From an uncultured Candidatus Rokubacteria bacterium (lineage in GTDB: Bacteria > Methylomirabilota > Methylomirabilia > Rokubacteriales > DASRDR01): a stretch of 64,000 nt of DNA. This document shows, piece by piece, positions 16,490-25,995 of the stretch. Position 1 is the stretch's first letter; every line of letters begins with the position of its first letter. The stretch is taken from positions 288,001 through 352,000 of the forward strand of contig CAVPSB010000016.1 of NCBI GenBank assembly GCA_963708025.1. The letters run 5' to 3'. The notes under the pieces are model-generated. The model saw only the letters and a list, made by a program, of their open reading frames with translations, did not search any database and was not told the origin of the DNA. Position numbers and translations under genes: made by a program.

Positions 16490-17647
16490 TCAGAGTGACT
16501 CTTCGCCGCGGAGCCGAACGAGGCCGGAGCGGGTCACCTCGATGCCCTTCAGGTGGCGGAGCCGTGTGATCAGCCGCAGCGAGCCTGGGGGTCGCCGGAA
16601 GCCGTGAGCCTTGAGCGCCTGCGAGAGCGCGTCCAGCGTCACGCCCTGCGGTGAGGAGGCCAGCAGCTCGTCCACGATCTTCCGGATCTCCTCGGCCGGC
16701 GCCGCATGGGGCTCGGCCGTCGGCTCCGACCCCACCTCCAAGTCCGTCGGTGGGGGTGGAGGGACGGCCGCCGGCGTCGGATGGTGGACCGCCGCTGGCC
16801 GTGCATGCTGGACCGCCGCCGGCCTCGGAGCGTGGGCCGGCGCCGGGGCCGCATGCTGGGCCGCCGCCGGCCTCGACGTGGCGCTCGCACCGCGCCCGCC
16901 GCGTCCCCCGCGCCCGCGGCGCCCGCGGCGCCCGCGCCGACCTCGGCTACCCGCCCGGGACGCGGCCGGCGCCTCCTCCCGGGCGGCCACCGCGTCCCGG
17001 CCGCCGAGCGCGACGAAGGAGAGCCGGCGGTAGCCGATGCCGAGGCTGGCCGCGACGTCGCCGATGGCGTCGAAAGCCTGGTCGTCCGAGACCACTTCGA
17101 GGGTGTCCCCGGGGCGCGCGGCGGCGAGCCAGGCCCCCGCCGCGACCGCGATGCGCAGGTCGCTCCAGTCCCGTACGCCGGTCAACGGCGCACTGTGGAC
17201 GAGGTGGGCGCCGCGCCGGGCGAGCAGGCGGGCCGTTTCCACGCTGACCACCCGCCAGTTTCCCACCGCCACGATCTCGGTCCGCCGATCCGCCCAGTCG
17301 AGGCGGAGCTGATCCAGCACGTAGGCGACGTGATCGGGTCGGCTCGAGTTCTCGACATCGAAGAAGACGCCCCGCCGCAGGGCCGCCTGCGGTCGCGGCA
17401 CCTCCGGCACGCCCGCACGCGCCGCGAAGATGAGCTCGGGCTCGGCGAGGACGATGGGCTCCGGCGGCGCCGCCAGGAGCGGCGGGACCGCGGGAAGCAC
17501 CGGGGCGGCAGGGGGCGGCGCGGCCGGCTCGAGGGCCGGCGGGGCGGCGGCCTCGGCCACCCGCCGGGACGGCGATCGGCGGGGGCGGGACCGCGACGAC
17601 GAGGATCGGGATCGCTTGCTTCCGGGGGTCCGCGTGCTCGATGGCAT
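16490..17647 (-). CDS. NYN/PIN-like (LabA/DUF88-type) nuclease domain, Arg/Gly-rich linker and C-terminal winged-helix-like domain
   Basis: VFFDVENS, SDLRIAV, VVSDDQAFDAI acidic motifs; RRGRRGRRGRGGRGGRG; C-terminal VTLDALSQALKAHGF; TATACT at 17659-17664. Confidence 0.7.
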   Translation of the reverse strand: MPSSTRTPGSKRSRSSSSRSRPRRSPSRRVAEAAAPPALEPAAPPPAAPVLPAVPPLLAAPPEPIVLAEPELIFAARAGVPEVPRPQAALRRGVFFDVENSSRPDHVAYVLDQLRLDWADRRTEIVAVGNWRVVSVETARLLARRGAHLVHSAPLTGVRDWSDLRIAVAAGAWLAAARPGDTLEVVSDDQAFDAIGDVAASLGIGYRRLSFVALGGRDAVAAREEAPAASRAGSRGRRGRRGRRGRGGRGGRGASATSRPAAAQHAAPAPAHAPRPAAVQHARPAAVHHPTPAAVPPPPPTDLEVGSEPTAEPHAAPAEEIRKIVDELLASSPQGVTLDALSQALKAHGFRRPPGSLRLITRLRHLKGIEVTRSGLVRLRGEESL

Positions 17648-17867
17648 CGAAGGCTCGTAGTATACCGCGTCCGCTGTCCGATCGGGGTCCCTCCGGGATG
17701 GCTGGTCGATCGTGCGGGTGCGGGGCGCCTGCCCTCGCTGTCAGCGGGAGCAGGAATTCACGCCGGGTGGGCGCTTCGAGTCGGGGCGGACCTTCGAGGG
17801 CCCGCACTGCCTCAGCACGCTTCGCCTCGTCGTCAGCGACGCCGTGAGGCAGTAGCGGACCCGCGCT

Positions 17868-18005
17868 CTACGGTCGGGTGCGCTCCTCGACCGTCACCGC
17901 CGCCGGGGCCCCCGAGAGCGATGCGTCGCGGCTCGAGAGCGCGATGCCCTGGTACACGACCGCGACGAAGCCCAGGATGACGAGCGCGATGACCAGAATC
18001 TGCAC
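17868..18005 (-). CDS. 45-aa single-pass membrane protein (not in the ORF track)
   Basis: GGAGGG RBS, then GTG; MQILVIALVILGFVAVVYQGIALSSRDASLSGAPAAVTVEERTRP*. Confidence 0.55.
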   Translation of the reverse strand: MQILVIALVILGFVAVVYQGIALSSRDASLSGAPAAVTVEERTRP

Positions 18006-18113
18006 CGGCCGACCCTCCGACTGGTTGGTAGGAAGTCCAACGCCCGACCTCGCCAGAGCTTAACCCCGGCCCTGCCCGGAGCCCGCAAACTTCGTGAGCT
18101 CGGTCACCACGGG

Positions 18114-18129
18114 AGCAACGGACATGCCA
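18114..18129 (-). promoter_or_regulatory. Sigma54 (-24/-12) promoter motif
   Basis: TGGCAT-GTCCG-TTGCT with canonical GG/GC spacing. Confidence 0.65.
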
Positions 18130-18317
18130 GGACCCCGCAGCCTTTGACGCGCCGAAACTCCGGCGATTCGTCGGAGGCTAGGCCCGGCGTTAACGGGGCG
18201 ACCGTCTTCTCGACGGACAGGAGGAGGGGGCAGACGGCAACGGCCGGACAGAGGAGCCCAGCTACCGCTAGGCTCCTCGACGCGGCAAAGTCATGGTAGA
18301 CAAGGTCAAAACTACCT

Positions 18318-18497
18318 GGGGCGGGGCCGAGGAGCGAGCAGCGCTAGGACGCAGGGAGTCGCCGACCGCAGGCGTACTCCTCGTACGCCGAGGATCGGCG
18401 ACGACCGAGGACGACCTTAGGTCGGGACGGACGCGAGGCCGCAGGCCGAGCGCGTCCCGACCGAGATGAACGTCGCGAAGCTCATCGGCCCCGCCCC
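18318..18497. repeat. Inverted-repeat-bounded modular element family 3, copy A
   Basis: gggcggggccga...tcggccccgccc termini; abuts TAG of the ABC ATPase gene; related copies at 40379, 56995, 59994. Confidence 0.85.
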
Positions 18498-19526
18498 CTA
18501 AGAGCTAACCCCGCGCAGACTCAGCTCCTCTACGCGGTGACAGCTCACGAAGTGGCCAGGCCGGACCTCGGCCAGGCTGGGGGTCTCCGTCCGGCAGACC
18601 GGCGACCGCGTAGGGGCAGCGGGGATGGAAGTGGCAGCCCGGCGGGCGGGTGGGCGGGGTCGGCGACCTCGCCCTTCCAGGACGATCCGCCGGGCCCGCA
18701 GGCGGGGATCGGGCTTCGGCACCGCCGAGAGGAGCGCCTCCGTGTAGGGATGCCGGGGGGTGACGAACAGGGGCTCGGTCGCGGCCATCTCGACGATCCG
18801 GCCCACGTACATCACGGCGACCCGGTCGCTCACGTGCTTGACCACGCTGAGGTCGTGGGCGACGAAGAGGTAGGTCAGCCCGAGCTGCGCCTGCAGGTCC
18901 AGCATCAGGTTCAGGATCTGGGCCTGCACCGAGACGTCGAGCGCCGAGACCGGCTCGTCGGCGACGACGAGGCGCGGGTTGAGCGCGAGGGCGCGCGCGA
19001 TGCCGATGCGCTGGCGCTGGCCGCCGCTGAAGGCGTGGGGATAGCGCCGCATGTACTCGGGCCGCAGCCCGACCAGCCGCAGCAGCTCGGCGACCCGCTC
19101 CAGCCGCTCCCGGCGGGTGCCGACGCCGTTGGCCACCAGCGGCTCGGCGACGATGTCGAGCAGCGTCCGCCGCGGGTTGAGCGAGGAGAAGGGGTCCTGG
19201 AAGATCATCTGCATCTGGCGGCGGAGGGGGCGGAGCTGGCTCTTGGGCAGCGTGGCCACGTCCAGCACGGCGCCGCTCTCGGTCCGGAACAGGATCGCGC
19301 CCGCCGTCGGGGTGAGCGCCCGCAGGATGCACCGGGCGGTCGTGGTCTTGCCGCAGCCGCTCTCGCCGACGAGCGACAGCGTCTCGCCCTGCTCGACGTG
19401 GAAGCTCACGTCGTCCACGGCGCGCACCTGGCCCACCACCCGCCGGAGGAGGCCCTTGCTGGATCGGGAAGTACTTCCGGAGCCCTTCGACGTCCAGGAG
19501 TCGGGTAGCGCGCTCGCCGGGTTCAC
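18498..19526 (-). CDS. Oligopeptide-type ABC transporter ATPase (OppF/DppF-like), frameshifted in this sequence
   Basis: [47 protein letters not shown]; indels near 19465 and 18600-18680. Confidence 0.85.
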   Translation of the reverse strand: MNPASALPDSWTSKGSGSTSRSSKGLLRRVVGQVRAVDDVSFHVEQGETLSLVGESGCGKTTTARCILRALTPTAGAILFRTESGAVLDVATLPKSQLRPLRRQMQMIFQDPFSSLNPRRTLLDIVAEPLVANGVGTRRERLERVAELLRLVGLRPEYMRRYPHAFSGGQRQRIGIARALALNPRLVVADEPVSALDVSVQAQILNLMLDLQAQLGLTYLFVAHDLSVVKHVSDRVAVMYVGRIVEMAATEPLFVTPRHPYTEALLSAVPKPDPRLRARRIVLEGRGRRPRPPARRAATSIPAAPTRSPVCRTETPSLAEVRPGHFVSCHRVEELSLRGVSS

Positions 19527-20595
19527 GCCGACTGCTGTAGAGGAAGCAGCTCACCGCCTGGCCCGTCGGCGACCGGCCCGCAGGCCCGGCTCGGCGCGCT
19601 CGCAGCGTCCCGGGCATGAAGTCGGGGCAGCGCGGATGGAACGGGCAGCCCGCGGGGCGGTTGTACGGGTGCGGGATGGAGCCGGTGATGGTGGGCAGCT
19701 TGCGTGCGGACGCGGCGCGTGGATGACTGGGAATCGAGCGCAGGAGCGCCCGCGTGTAGGGATGCTTGGGCGCGTGGAAGATCGCGTCCACCGGTCCCTG
19801 CTCGACCACGCGGCCGAGGTACATGACCACGACCTCGTCGCACATCTCGGCGACGACGCCGAGGTTGTGGGTGATGAGCATGATGGCCATGCCGCTCCCG
19901 GTCCTGGAGCGCGCGGCAGGAGGTCGAGGATCTGCGCCTGGGTGGTCACGTCGAGCGCCGTCGTCGGCTCGTCGGCGATGAGGATGCGCGGACCGCACGA
20001 CAGCGCCAGCGCGATCATGGCGCGCTGGCGCAGGCCGCCGCTGAGCTGGAAGGCGTACTCGTCCACGCGCCGCTCGGGCCGGGGGACGCCGACCAGGCCG
20101 CAGCATCTCGATCGCCCGGCTCGCGCGCCTCGCGCCTGCCCGACGCTGCTGGTGGAGGCGCGATCGTCTCGATCATCTGGTTGCCGATGGTGTGGACCGG
20201 GCTGAACGAGGTCATCGGCTCCTGGAAGACGAGACCGATGTCGCCGCCCCGGATCTGGCGCATCTCGCGGCTCGTCGGCGTCGAGCCGGCGTCAGGTCCA
20301 CCTCGCCGCCGGCGCCGTCGCCGCGCGGCGGAGCAGGATGCTGCCGCTCACGATGCGGCCCGGCCGCTCGACGATTCTGCAGGATCGAGCGCGCGGTCAC
20401 GCTCTTGCCGCAGCCGCTCTCGCCGACGATGCCGAGGGTCCGCCCGGGGTAGACGTCGAAGCTCGCGCCGTCCACCGCCTTGACCGTCCCCTCGTCCGGG
20501 AAGAAGTACGTCTGCAGGTCGCGCACCTCAAGGATCGCCCGCTGCTCCGTCTCGCCCGCTGGGCGCGGCGGCAGCGTGAGCGGGCTACTGCCCAT
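19523..20595 (-). CDS. Oligopeptide-type ABC transporter ATPase (OppD/DppD-like), multiple frameshifts
   Basis: [44 protein letters not shown] and GCPFHPRC spread over several frames. Confidence 0.8.
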
Positions 20596-21750
20596 ACGGG
20601 TCGGCGGCGTCGCGGAGCCCGTCGCCCATGAAGTTGAGGGCCAGGATGACGACGATGACCGGAATCGACGGGATGAGCAGCCAGGGCGAGATGGCCAGGG
20701 CCTGGATGTTCTGCGCCTGCTGGAGCAGCACGCCCCAGCTGATGGCCGGGCGGCCGCAGCCCGAGGCCCAGGAAGGAGAGCGACGTCTCGCTGATGATCA
20801 TGGCCGGGATGGCCAGCGTCGTGGCGGCGATGATGTGGCTCAGGAACGACGGCACCAGGTGGCTGAAGATGATGCGCGTCTGGCTGCAGCCGGCCAGCTC
20901 GGCGGCCATCACGAAGTCTTCCTCGCGCAGCGACAGGAAGCGGCCGCGCACGACCCGGGCCAGCTCGGTCCAGCCGACGAGCGAGATGATGATGGTGATG
21001 GCGAAGTAGACCTGGATGACGGTCCAGTCGTTCGGCAGCGCCGCCGCCAGCCCCATCCAGAGCGGGATGGTCGGGATCGAGCGCAGGATCTCGATGACGC
21101 GCTGGATGACGGTGTCGATGACGCCGCCGTAGAGCCCGGAGATGCCGCCCAGCAGCACGCCGAGGACGAGGCTCAGGGCCACCCCGGCCAGGCCGATGGT
21201 GAGCGAGGCGCGCGTCCCGTACATGAGTCGCGACCAGAGGTCGCGCCCCTGCTCGTCGGTGCCGAGGAGGAAGAGCGATTCCTCCGCCGCGCCGCCCTCG
21301 ACGCCGAGCAGATGTGCCGGTCGGTCGGGATCAGGCCGAGGAGCCGGTACTCGAAGCCGCGGGCGAAGAAGCGCACCGGGATCTTCTTCTCGGGTCGGGC
21401 GTGTAGACGCGCTTGAAGCGTCATCGGGTCGCGCCGGCCGCTGAGCCCGTAGACGTGGGGCGCGAAGCGCCCCTCGTCGAACCAGTGGATGCGCTGGGGC
21501 GGCAGCAGCGAGCGCTGGGCCTCGGAGGCGGTCGGGATCGCGTAGGCGAGGAAGTCGGCGAAGACCACGACCGCGTAGAAGAGCACCACGACCACCGTGC
21601 CCAGCCATGGCCAGCTTGTGGCGGCGGAAGCGCCACCACATGAGCTGCCACTGGGTGGCGACGGAGATCCGCTCTTCGGCCGCCGGCTCGGTTGCGCCGG
21701 TAGCGACGCGGCCTCGGGGGCGGCCGCTGAGGAGGCGCCCGGCTCGGCTA
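20585..21750 (-). CDS. ABC transporter permease (OppC/DppC-like), multiple frameshifts
   Basis: [33 protein letters not shown], ends DAADPYGQ*. Confidence 0.8.
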
Positions 21751-22748
21751 TCGCCGGCCCTCCAGGCGGATGCGGGGGTCGATCCACATCAGGAGGAGGT
21801 CGGAGAGGAAGCGTGCCGATGACCGTCATGACGCCCAGCAGCAGCACGATGGTGCCGGCCAGGAACATGTCCTGGGCGACCAGGGCCCGGAGCAGCAGCG
21901 GCCCGACCGTGGGCAGGCTCAGCACGAGCGAGACGATGATGCTGCCGGAGACCACGTAGGGCAGAAGGTAGCCGACGGTGCTCGCGAACGGGTTGAGCGC
22001 CACCCGCACCGGGTACTTCAGGATGACCCGCGCGCTCCGACAGCCCGCGGGCGCGGGCGGTGACGACGTAGGGCTTGCCGCAGCTCGTCGAGCAGGTTGG
22101 CGCGCATGATGCGGATGAGCTGGGCCGTGCCGGCCAGCCCGAGGATCAGCGCCGGCAGCGGCAGGTGCTTGGCGAGGTCCCAGGCCTTGGCCGAGGCTCC
22201 AGGGCGCCTCGGCGAACTCGTCCGAGAAGAGGCCGCCGATGTTGAGGTTGAAGAGCGTGAAGCCGAAGTACATGAGGACGAGGGCCAGCATGAAGCTCGG
22301 CACGGCCAGCCCGATGAAGCCGACGCAGGGTGAAGACGTAGTCGCCGACCGAGTACTGGCGCACGGCCGAGTAGATGCCGATCGGCAGGGCCAGCGCCCA
22401 GGTCAACAGGATGGCCGCCACCGAGACCACCATGGTGAGCCAGAGCCGGTCGCCGATGACCTCCGAGACGGGGCGCTTCCACTCCAGCGCCATGCCGAAC
22501 CGGCCCTGCATCACCATGCTTCATCCACCGGAGGTACTGGAACCACACCGGCCGGTCGAGGCCGTACTCCTGCGCGGAGGGCGTCTGCTTCCTGCTCGGA
22601 GACGAAGCTGCCCGATGCCGGACATCTGCGCGATGTACGAGGTGATGTAGTCGCCGGGCGGGAGCTGGATGATGACGAACGACAGCACCGAGATGGCCCA
22701 GATGGTCAGGAGGGCGAGGATCAGCCGGCGGACCAGGTAGGCGAGCAT
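21748..22748 (-). CDS. ABC transporter permease (OppB/DppB-like), multiple frameshifts
   Basis: MLAYLVRRL, QLPPGDY, GLDRP, IMRANLLDEL, ends DPRIRLEGRR*. Confidence 0.8.
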
Positions 22749-22760
22749 CGGGCGGCCTTC

Positions 22761-22802
22761 CCCTCACCCCTGCCCTCTCCCCCGCGGCGGGGGAGAGGGA
22801 GG
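22761..22802. repeat. REP-like palindrome ccctctcccc..ggggagaggg (family 4, copy a)
   Basis: ccctcacccctgccctctcccccgcggcgggggagaggg; similar hairpin at 38268-38322. Confidence 0.7.
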
Positions 22803-22825
22803 GACAGAGAGCGGAGGGATATCCA

Positions 22826-24919
22826 CTACGCCTTGAAGTAGAACGTGGACGGCTGCGAGGTTCCTGGCGTCCGGCAGTGCTGGGCGTTGATCTGCCTCGA
22901 CGGGATGTTGCCCATCTTGCGGCTCACGATGCGGACGCCCATCGTCGCCGGCGACTGGCCCACGGTCCCGATGGAGAACTGCTCGTCCACGATGATCTTG
23001 AAGATCTCCTGCGCGATCTTGTAGCGCTCCTGGGTCTTCTTGCCGTTCGCCGTGCGGAACATCTCCAGCGCCTTGAGCATCTGCGGGTCGGTGGGTGCCT
23101 TCCCTTTCTTGCCCCCGCTTGCATACCAGTCGGCGATCGGATGACCCATCTTCGCCTCGATCGGGTCCACCGGCAGGGCGTGGCGTGGGAACAGGTAGAG
23201 CAACTCGGTGCCGTCGTTGGCCCAGATGCTGATCTGCTGCTCGTTGCTCCGCATCCGCGTCTCGAACAGACTCCGCTCGACCTCCTTCACGTCGGCCTGG
23301 ATGCCGATCTTCTTCCACTGCTCCTTGATCACCTCGGCGATCTGCGAGTGCGGGATGAAAGCACCGGCCGAGGTCAGCAGCTCGATGCCGCAGCCGACCC
23401 TTGCCGTCGGTGCGCAGGCGATAGCCCTCGCCGTCCTTCTTGCGTCGAGGCCCGACCTTGTCGAGCAGGGCGTTGGCCTGCTTGATGTCGAGGGTCGACC
23501 ACTTCTTCCGCCACTCGGGGCCCGGGCTGTACGGGAGTGCTCTCGCTCGGCGCGACCGATCCCGGCACGCCGATCCCGAGCCAGAACGTCTCGTTGAGCT
23601 GGTCGCGGTCGATCCCCATCGAGAGCGCGCGCCGGAAGTCCCGGCTGTGGAGCCATTTCGCGATCTCGGGGTCGGCGTCGTAGGCGTGGTTGATCTGAAG
23701 CGTGGCGTCGGCGCCATTCAGCGCCGGATCGAGGCGGACGTCGTAGCCGACCTTGTCCCGGTTCTCCAGGAACACCGGCAGCTTCGCCATCGCCGTGTGC
23801 CGCTCCTGGATGTCGTACTGGCCGCCGATGGCGCGCAGGTTCAGCACCTCGAGGTTCTCGGCGAGGCTCATCTGGAGCCGGTCGATGTAGGGAAGCTGGT
23901 TCCCCGCCGTGTCCACCTCGTAGAAGAAGGGATTGCGCTCCATCACCCAGGTCGGCGTGTTGATCGGCGAGACGCACTTCCACGGGGTCAGCACTGGCAG
24001 CTCGGGGTTCAGGCGCCAGTCCCACCGGTTCTTGAGGTAGGGCACCCAGGCGTCGAACCCGGCGGCCTTGGCCTTCCGGTTCGTCTCGTCCATCCCGATG
24101 TACTTCGGGTGGAACTGCTTGATGTAGTGCGCCGGCATGTAGGCGCCCATGAACCGGCCATCCATCTGCCAGAGCGCCTGGCCACCGCCCATCGCCGTGC
24201 TGCCCGCCAGGATGTCGAGGAAGAGGTAGTTGGGCTCGGGGAACTCGAAGAGGACAGTCGTCTCGTTCGACCTTCTTGATGACCCCGGACTTGCCGTTGA
24301 TCATGAAGTCCGGGTGCGGCACCGGCACGATGTCCTTGTTCAGGTAGACGTCCTCGTGCCAGAAAACGAAGTCGTCCGCGGTGAACGGCTGGCCGTCCGA
24401 CCACTTGTGGCCCTTGCGCAGGTAGAGTGTCACCGATTTCCCGTCGTCGGCGAGGAGCCACTGTCGCGCGACGCTGGGCCGGACCTGGGTCCCGGTGTAC
24501 TCCCAGAAAAGGAGCTTGTCGGCGGAGACGATCCGGTTGCCGTTCTCGCCATCGCCGGGGCCGGTGAAGCCGCGCCGCCAGGTGCCGCCGTACCGGCCGA
24601 TCCCCTGCACCGGTTTGATCACCAGGGGCTCCTTGGGCACTCGCTGCTCGACGGGCGGCAGCTTGCCGGCCTTCACCAGCTCGGCGAGCATCGGGGCCTC
24701 GCTGAACTTCGTGGGCCACTTGGCCGGGTCCAGGATCAGCTCCGGCCCTTCGAGCTTCCCGATGAGCTGGGCGCCAAGCTTCGGCTCCGGGGCCTTGGCC
24801 GCCTGGGCGAGGGCGGGCAGCGGCGTCGCGGCGAGGCCGCCGAGGCCGACCGCGCCGCCGGCGAGCGCCGAGGCGCGGAGGAATTCGCGTCGGGTCAGGG
24901 ATCGCTTCGCCTTGGACAT
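22826..24919 (-). CDS. Tat-exported ABC substrate-binding protein (family 5), frameshifted
   Basis: TRREFLRAS signal; EAPMLAELVKAGKLPPVEQR; LRKGHKWSDGQPFTADD; GNQLPYID; indels near 24265 and 23400-23550. Confidence 0.85.
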   Translation of the reverse strand: MSKAKRSLTRREFLRASALAGGAVGLGGLAATPLPALAQAAKAPEPKLGAQLIGKLEGPELILDPAKWPTKFSEAPMLAELVKAGKLPPVEQRVPKEPLVIKPVQGIGRYGGTWRRGFTGPGDGENGNRIVSADKLLFWEYTGTQVRPSVARQWLLADDGKSVTLYLRKGHKWSDGQPFTADDFVFWHEDVYLNKDIVPVPHPDFMINGKSGVIKKVERDDCPLRVPRAQLPLPRHPGGQHGDGRWPGALADGWPVHGRLHAGALHQAVPPEVHRDGRDEPEGQGRRVRRLGALPQEPVGLAPEPRAASADPVEVRLADQHADLGDGAQSLLLRGGHGGEPASLHRPAPDEPRREPRGAEPARHRRPVRHPGAAHGDGEAAGVPGEPGQGRLRRPPRSGAEWRRRHASDQPRLRRRPRDREMAPQPGLPARALDGDRPRPAQRDVLARDRRAGIGRAEREHSRTARAPSGGRSGRPSTSSRPTPCSTRSGLDARRTARAIACAPTARVGCGIELLTSAGAFIPHSQIAEVIKEQWKKIGIQADVKEVERSLFETRMRSNEQQISIWANDGTELLYLFPRHALPVDPIEAKMGHPIADWYASGGKKGKAPTDPQMLKALEMFRTANGKKTQERYKIAQEIFKIIVDEQFSIGTVGQSPATMGVRIVSRKMGNIPSRQINAQHCRTPGTSQPSTFYFKA

Positions 24920-24977
24920 GGAGCCACCTCCCCGTGGCAAGGTGAGGGCGGGAACCGTGATCGATGGGCGTGGCCGG

Positions 24978-25007
24978 AGTTTATGCGGCGCCTGCGGGGG
25001 TTGTCAA
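24978..25007 (-). promoter_or_regulatory. Sigma70-like promoter of the ABC operon
   Basis: TTGACA-N18-TAAACT. Confidence 0.65.
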
Positions 25008-25073
25008 CGGCCTTGTCCCGGAACACAATACGCAGGCACCGTCACAAATCCCTTCATCGTCAGGAGCCGACAG

Positions 25074-25988
25074 GTGACCCAGCCAAGCTGGTCGTGGTCG
25101 CAGGCGCTCTCGGGCGTCATCCCTCCACTGATCTCGCCGCTCGACGCCACCGGCGGCGTGGACGCCGCCGCCGTCGGGCGGCTCGTGGATTACGTGGTGG
25201 CCGGCGGCGTGAGCGGGCTCTTCGTCCTCGGCGGCTGCGGGGAGGGCGCCTGGCTCACCCCCGTCCAGCGGCGCGCCGTCATCCAGGCGACCCTCCAGGC
25301 CGCCGGCGGCCGGATCCCGGTCCTGGCCGGCGTCATGCTGCCCGGCACCGGGCCGGCGGTCGAGGCCGCGCGCCAGGCGACCGAGGCCGGCGCCGACGCG
25401 GTCGTCGTCGGCTCGCCGTACTACTTTCCGGTGGACGGCGACGCCCAGCGGCGCCACGTGGAGGCCGTGCTGGGGGCCACTCCGCTCCCGGGCCTGCTCT
25501 ACAACATCCCGCAAAGCACCCATCAGGTGCTGGCCCCCCAGATCGTGGCCGTCCTGGCTCGCGAGCCGCGGATTCTCGGTATCAAGGACTCGGCCGGAGA
25601 CTTCCAGGTCTTCCTGCGCTACCTGGCGGTTCGCCAGGAGCAAGCGGCCTTCCGCGTCCTGCAGGGTAACGAGTTCCTCGCCGCCGCGAGCCTGCTCCAG
25701 GGCGGCGACGGGTTGGTCCCCGGCCTGGCCAACGTCGCCCCCGCGCTCCTGGTCGCCCTGCGCGAGGCCGCCGGGAAGGCAGACGCGCCGACCTGCGCCC
25801 GGCTGCAGACCGCCGTCGAGGACCTCGCGAGCCTCTACGACCAGGGCCACTGGCTCCCCGCCCTCAAGGCCGCCCTCGCGATGCTCGGCATCGGGACCGG
25901 GCTGCCGCCGGCTCCGCTGGCGCCACCCGGCGAGGGCCAGCGCCAGGCGATCGCGGCAGTGCTGCGCCGGCACGAGCTGGTGCGCTGA
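25074..25988 (+). CDS. Dihydrodipicolinate synthase-family (DapA-like) aldolase/lyase
   Basis: GVIPPLISP, VLGGCGEG, PYY, LYNIPQ, GIKDS (Schiff-base Lys); AGGAG RBS. Confidence 0.88.
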   Translation: MTQPSWSWSQALSGVIPPLISPLDATGGVDAAAVGRLVDYVVAGGVSGLFVLGGCGEGAWLTPVQRRAVIQATLQAAGGRIPVLAGVMLPGTGPAVEAARQATEAGADAVVVGSPYYFPVDGDAQRRHVEAVLGATPLPGLLYNIPQSTHQVLAPQIVAVLAREPRILGIKDSAGDFQVFLRYLAVRQEQAAFRVLQGNEFLAAASLLQGGDGLVPGLANVAPALLVALREAAGKADAPTCARLQTAVEDLASLYDQGHWLPALKAALAMLGIGTGLPPAPLAPPGEGQRQAIAAVLRRHELVR

Positions 25989-25995
25989 CTCCCCC

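Noticed and set aside
16490-17647. NYN protein as a toxin-antitoxin or antiphage system
   Set aside because: No adjacent antitoxin or defence genes; the neighbourhood is metabolic.
17815-17840. CTGACGA on the minus strand as a hammerhead ribozyme core
   Set aside because: No correctly placed GAAA or stem II/III arrangement.
18318-18497. Family 3 element as tRNA, SRP RNA, 6S RNA or integron attC site
   Set aside because: No cloverleaf or T-loop, no SRP motif, no RYYYAAC/GTTRRRY ends, and copies are dispersed in both orientations.
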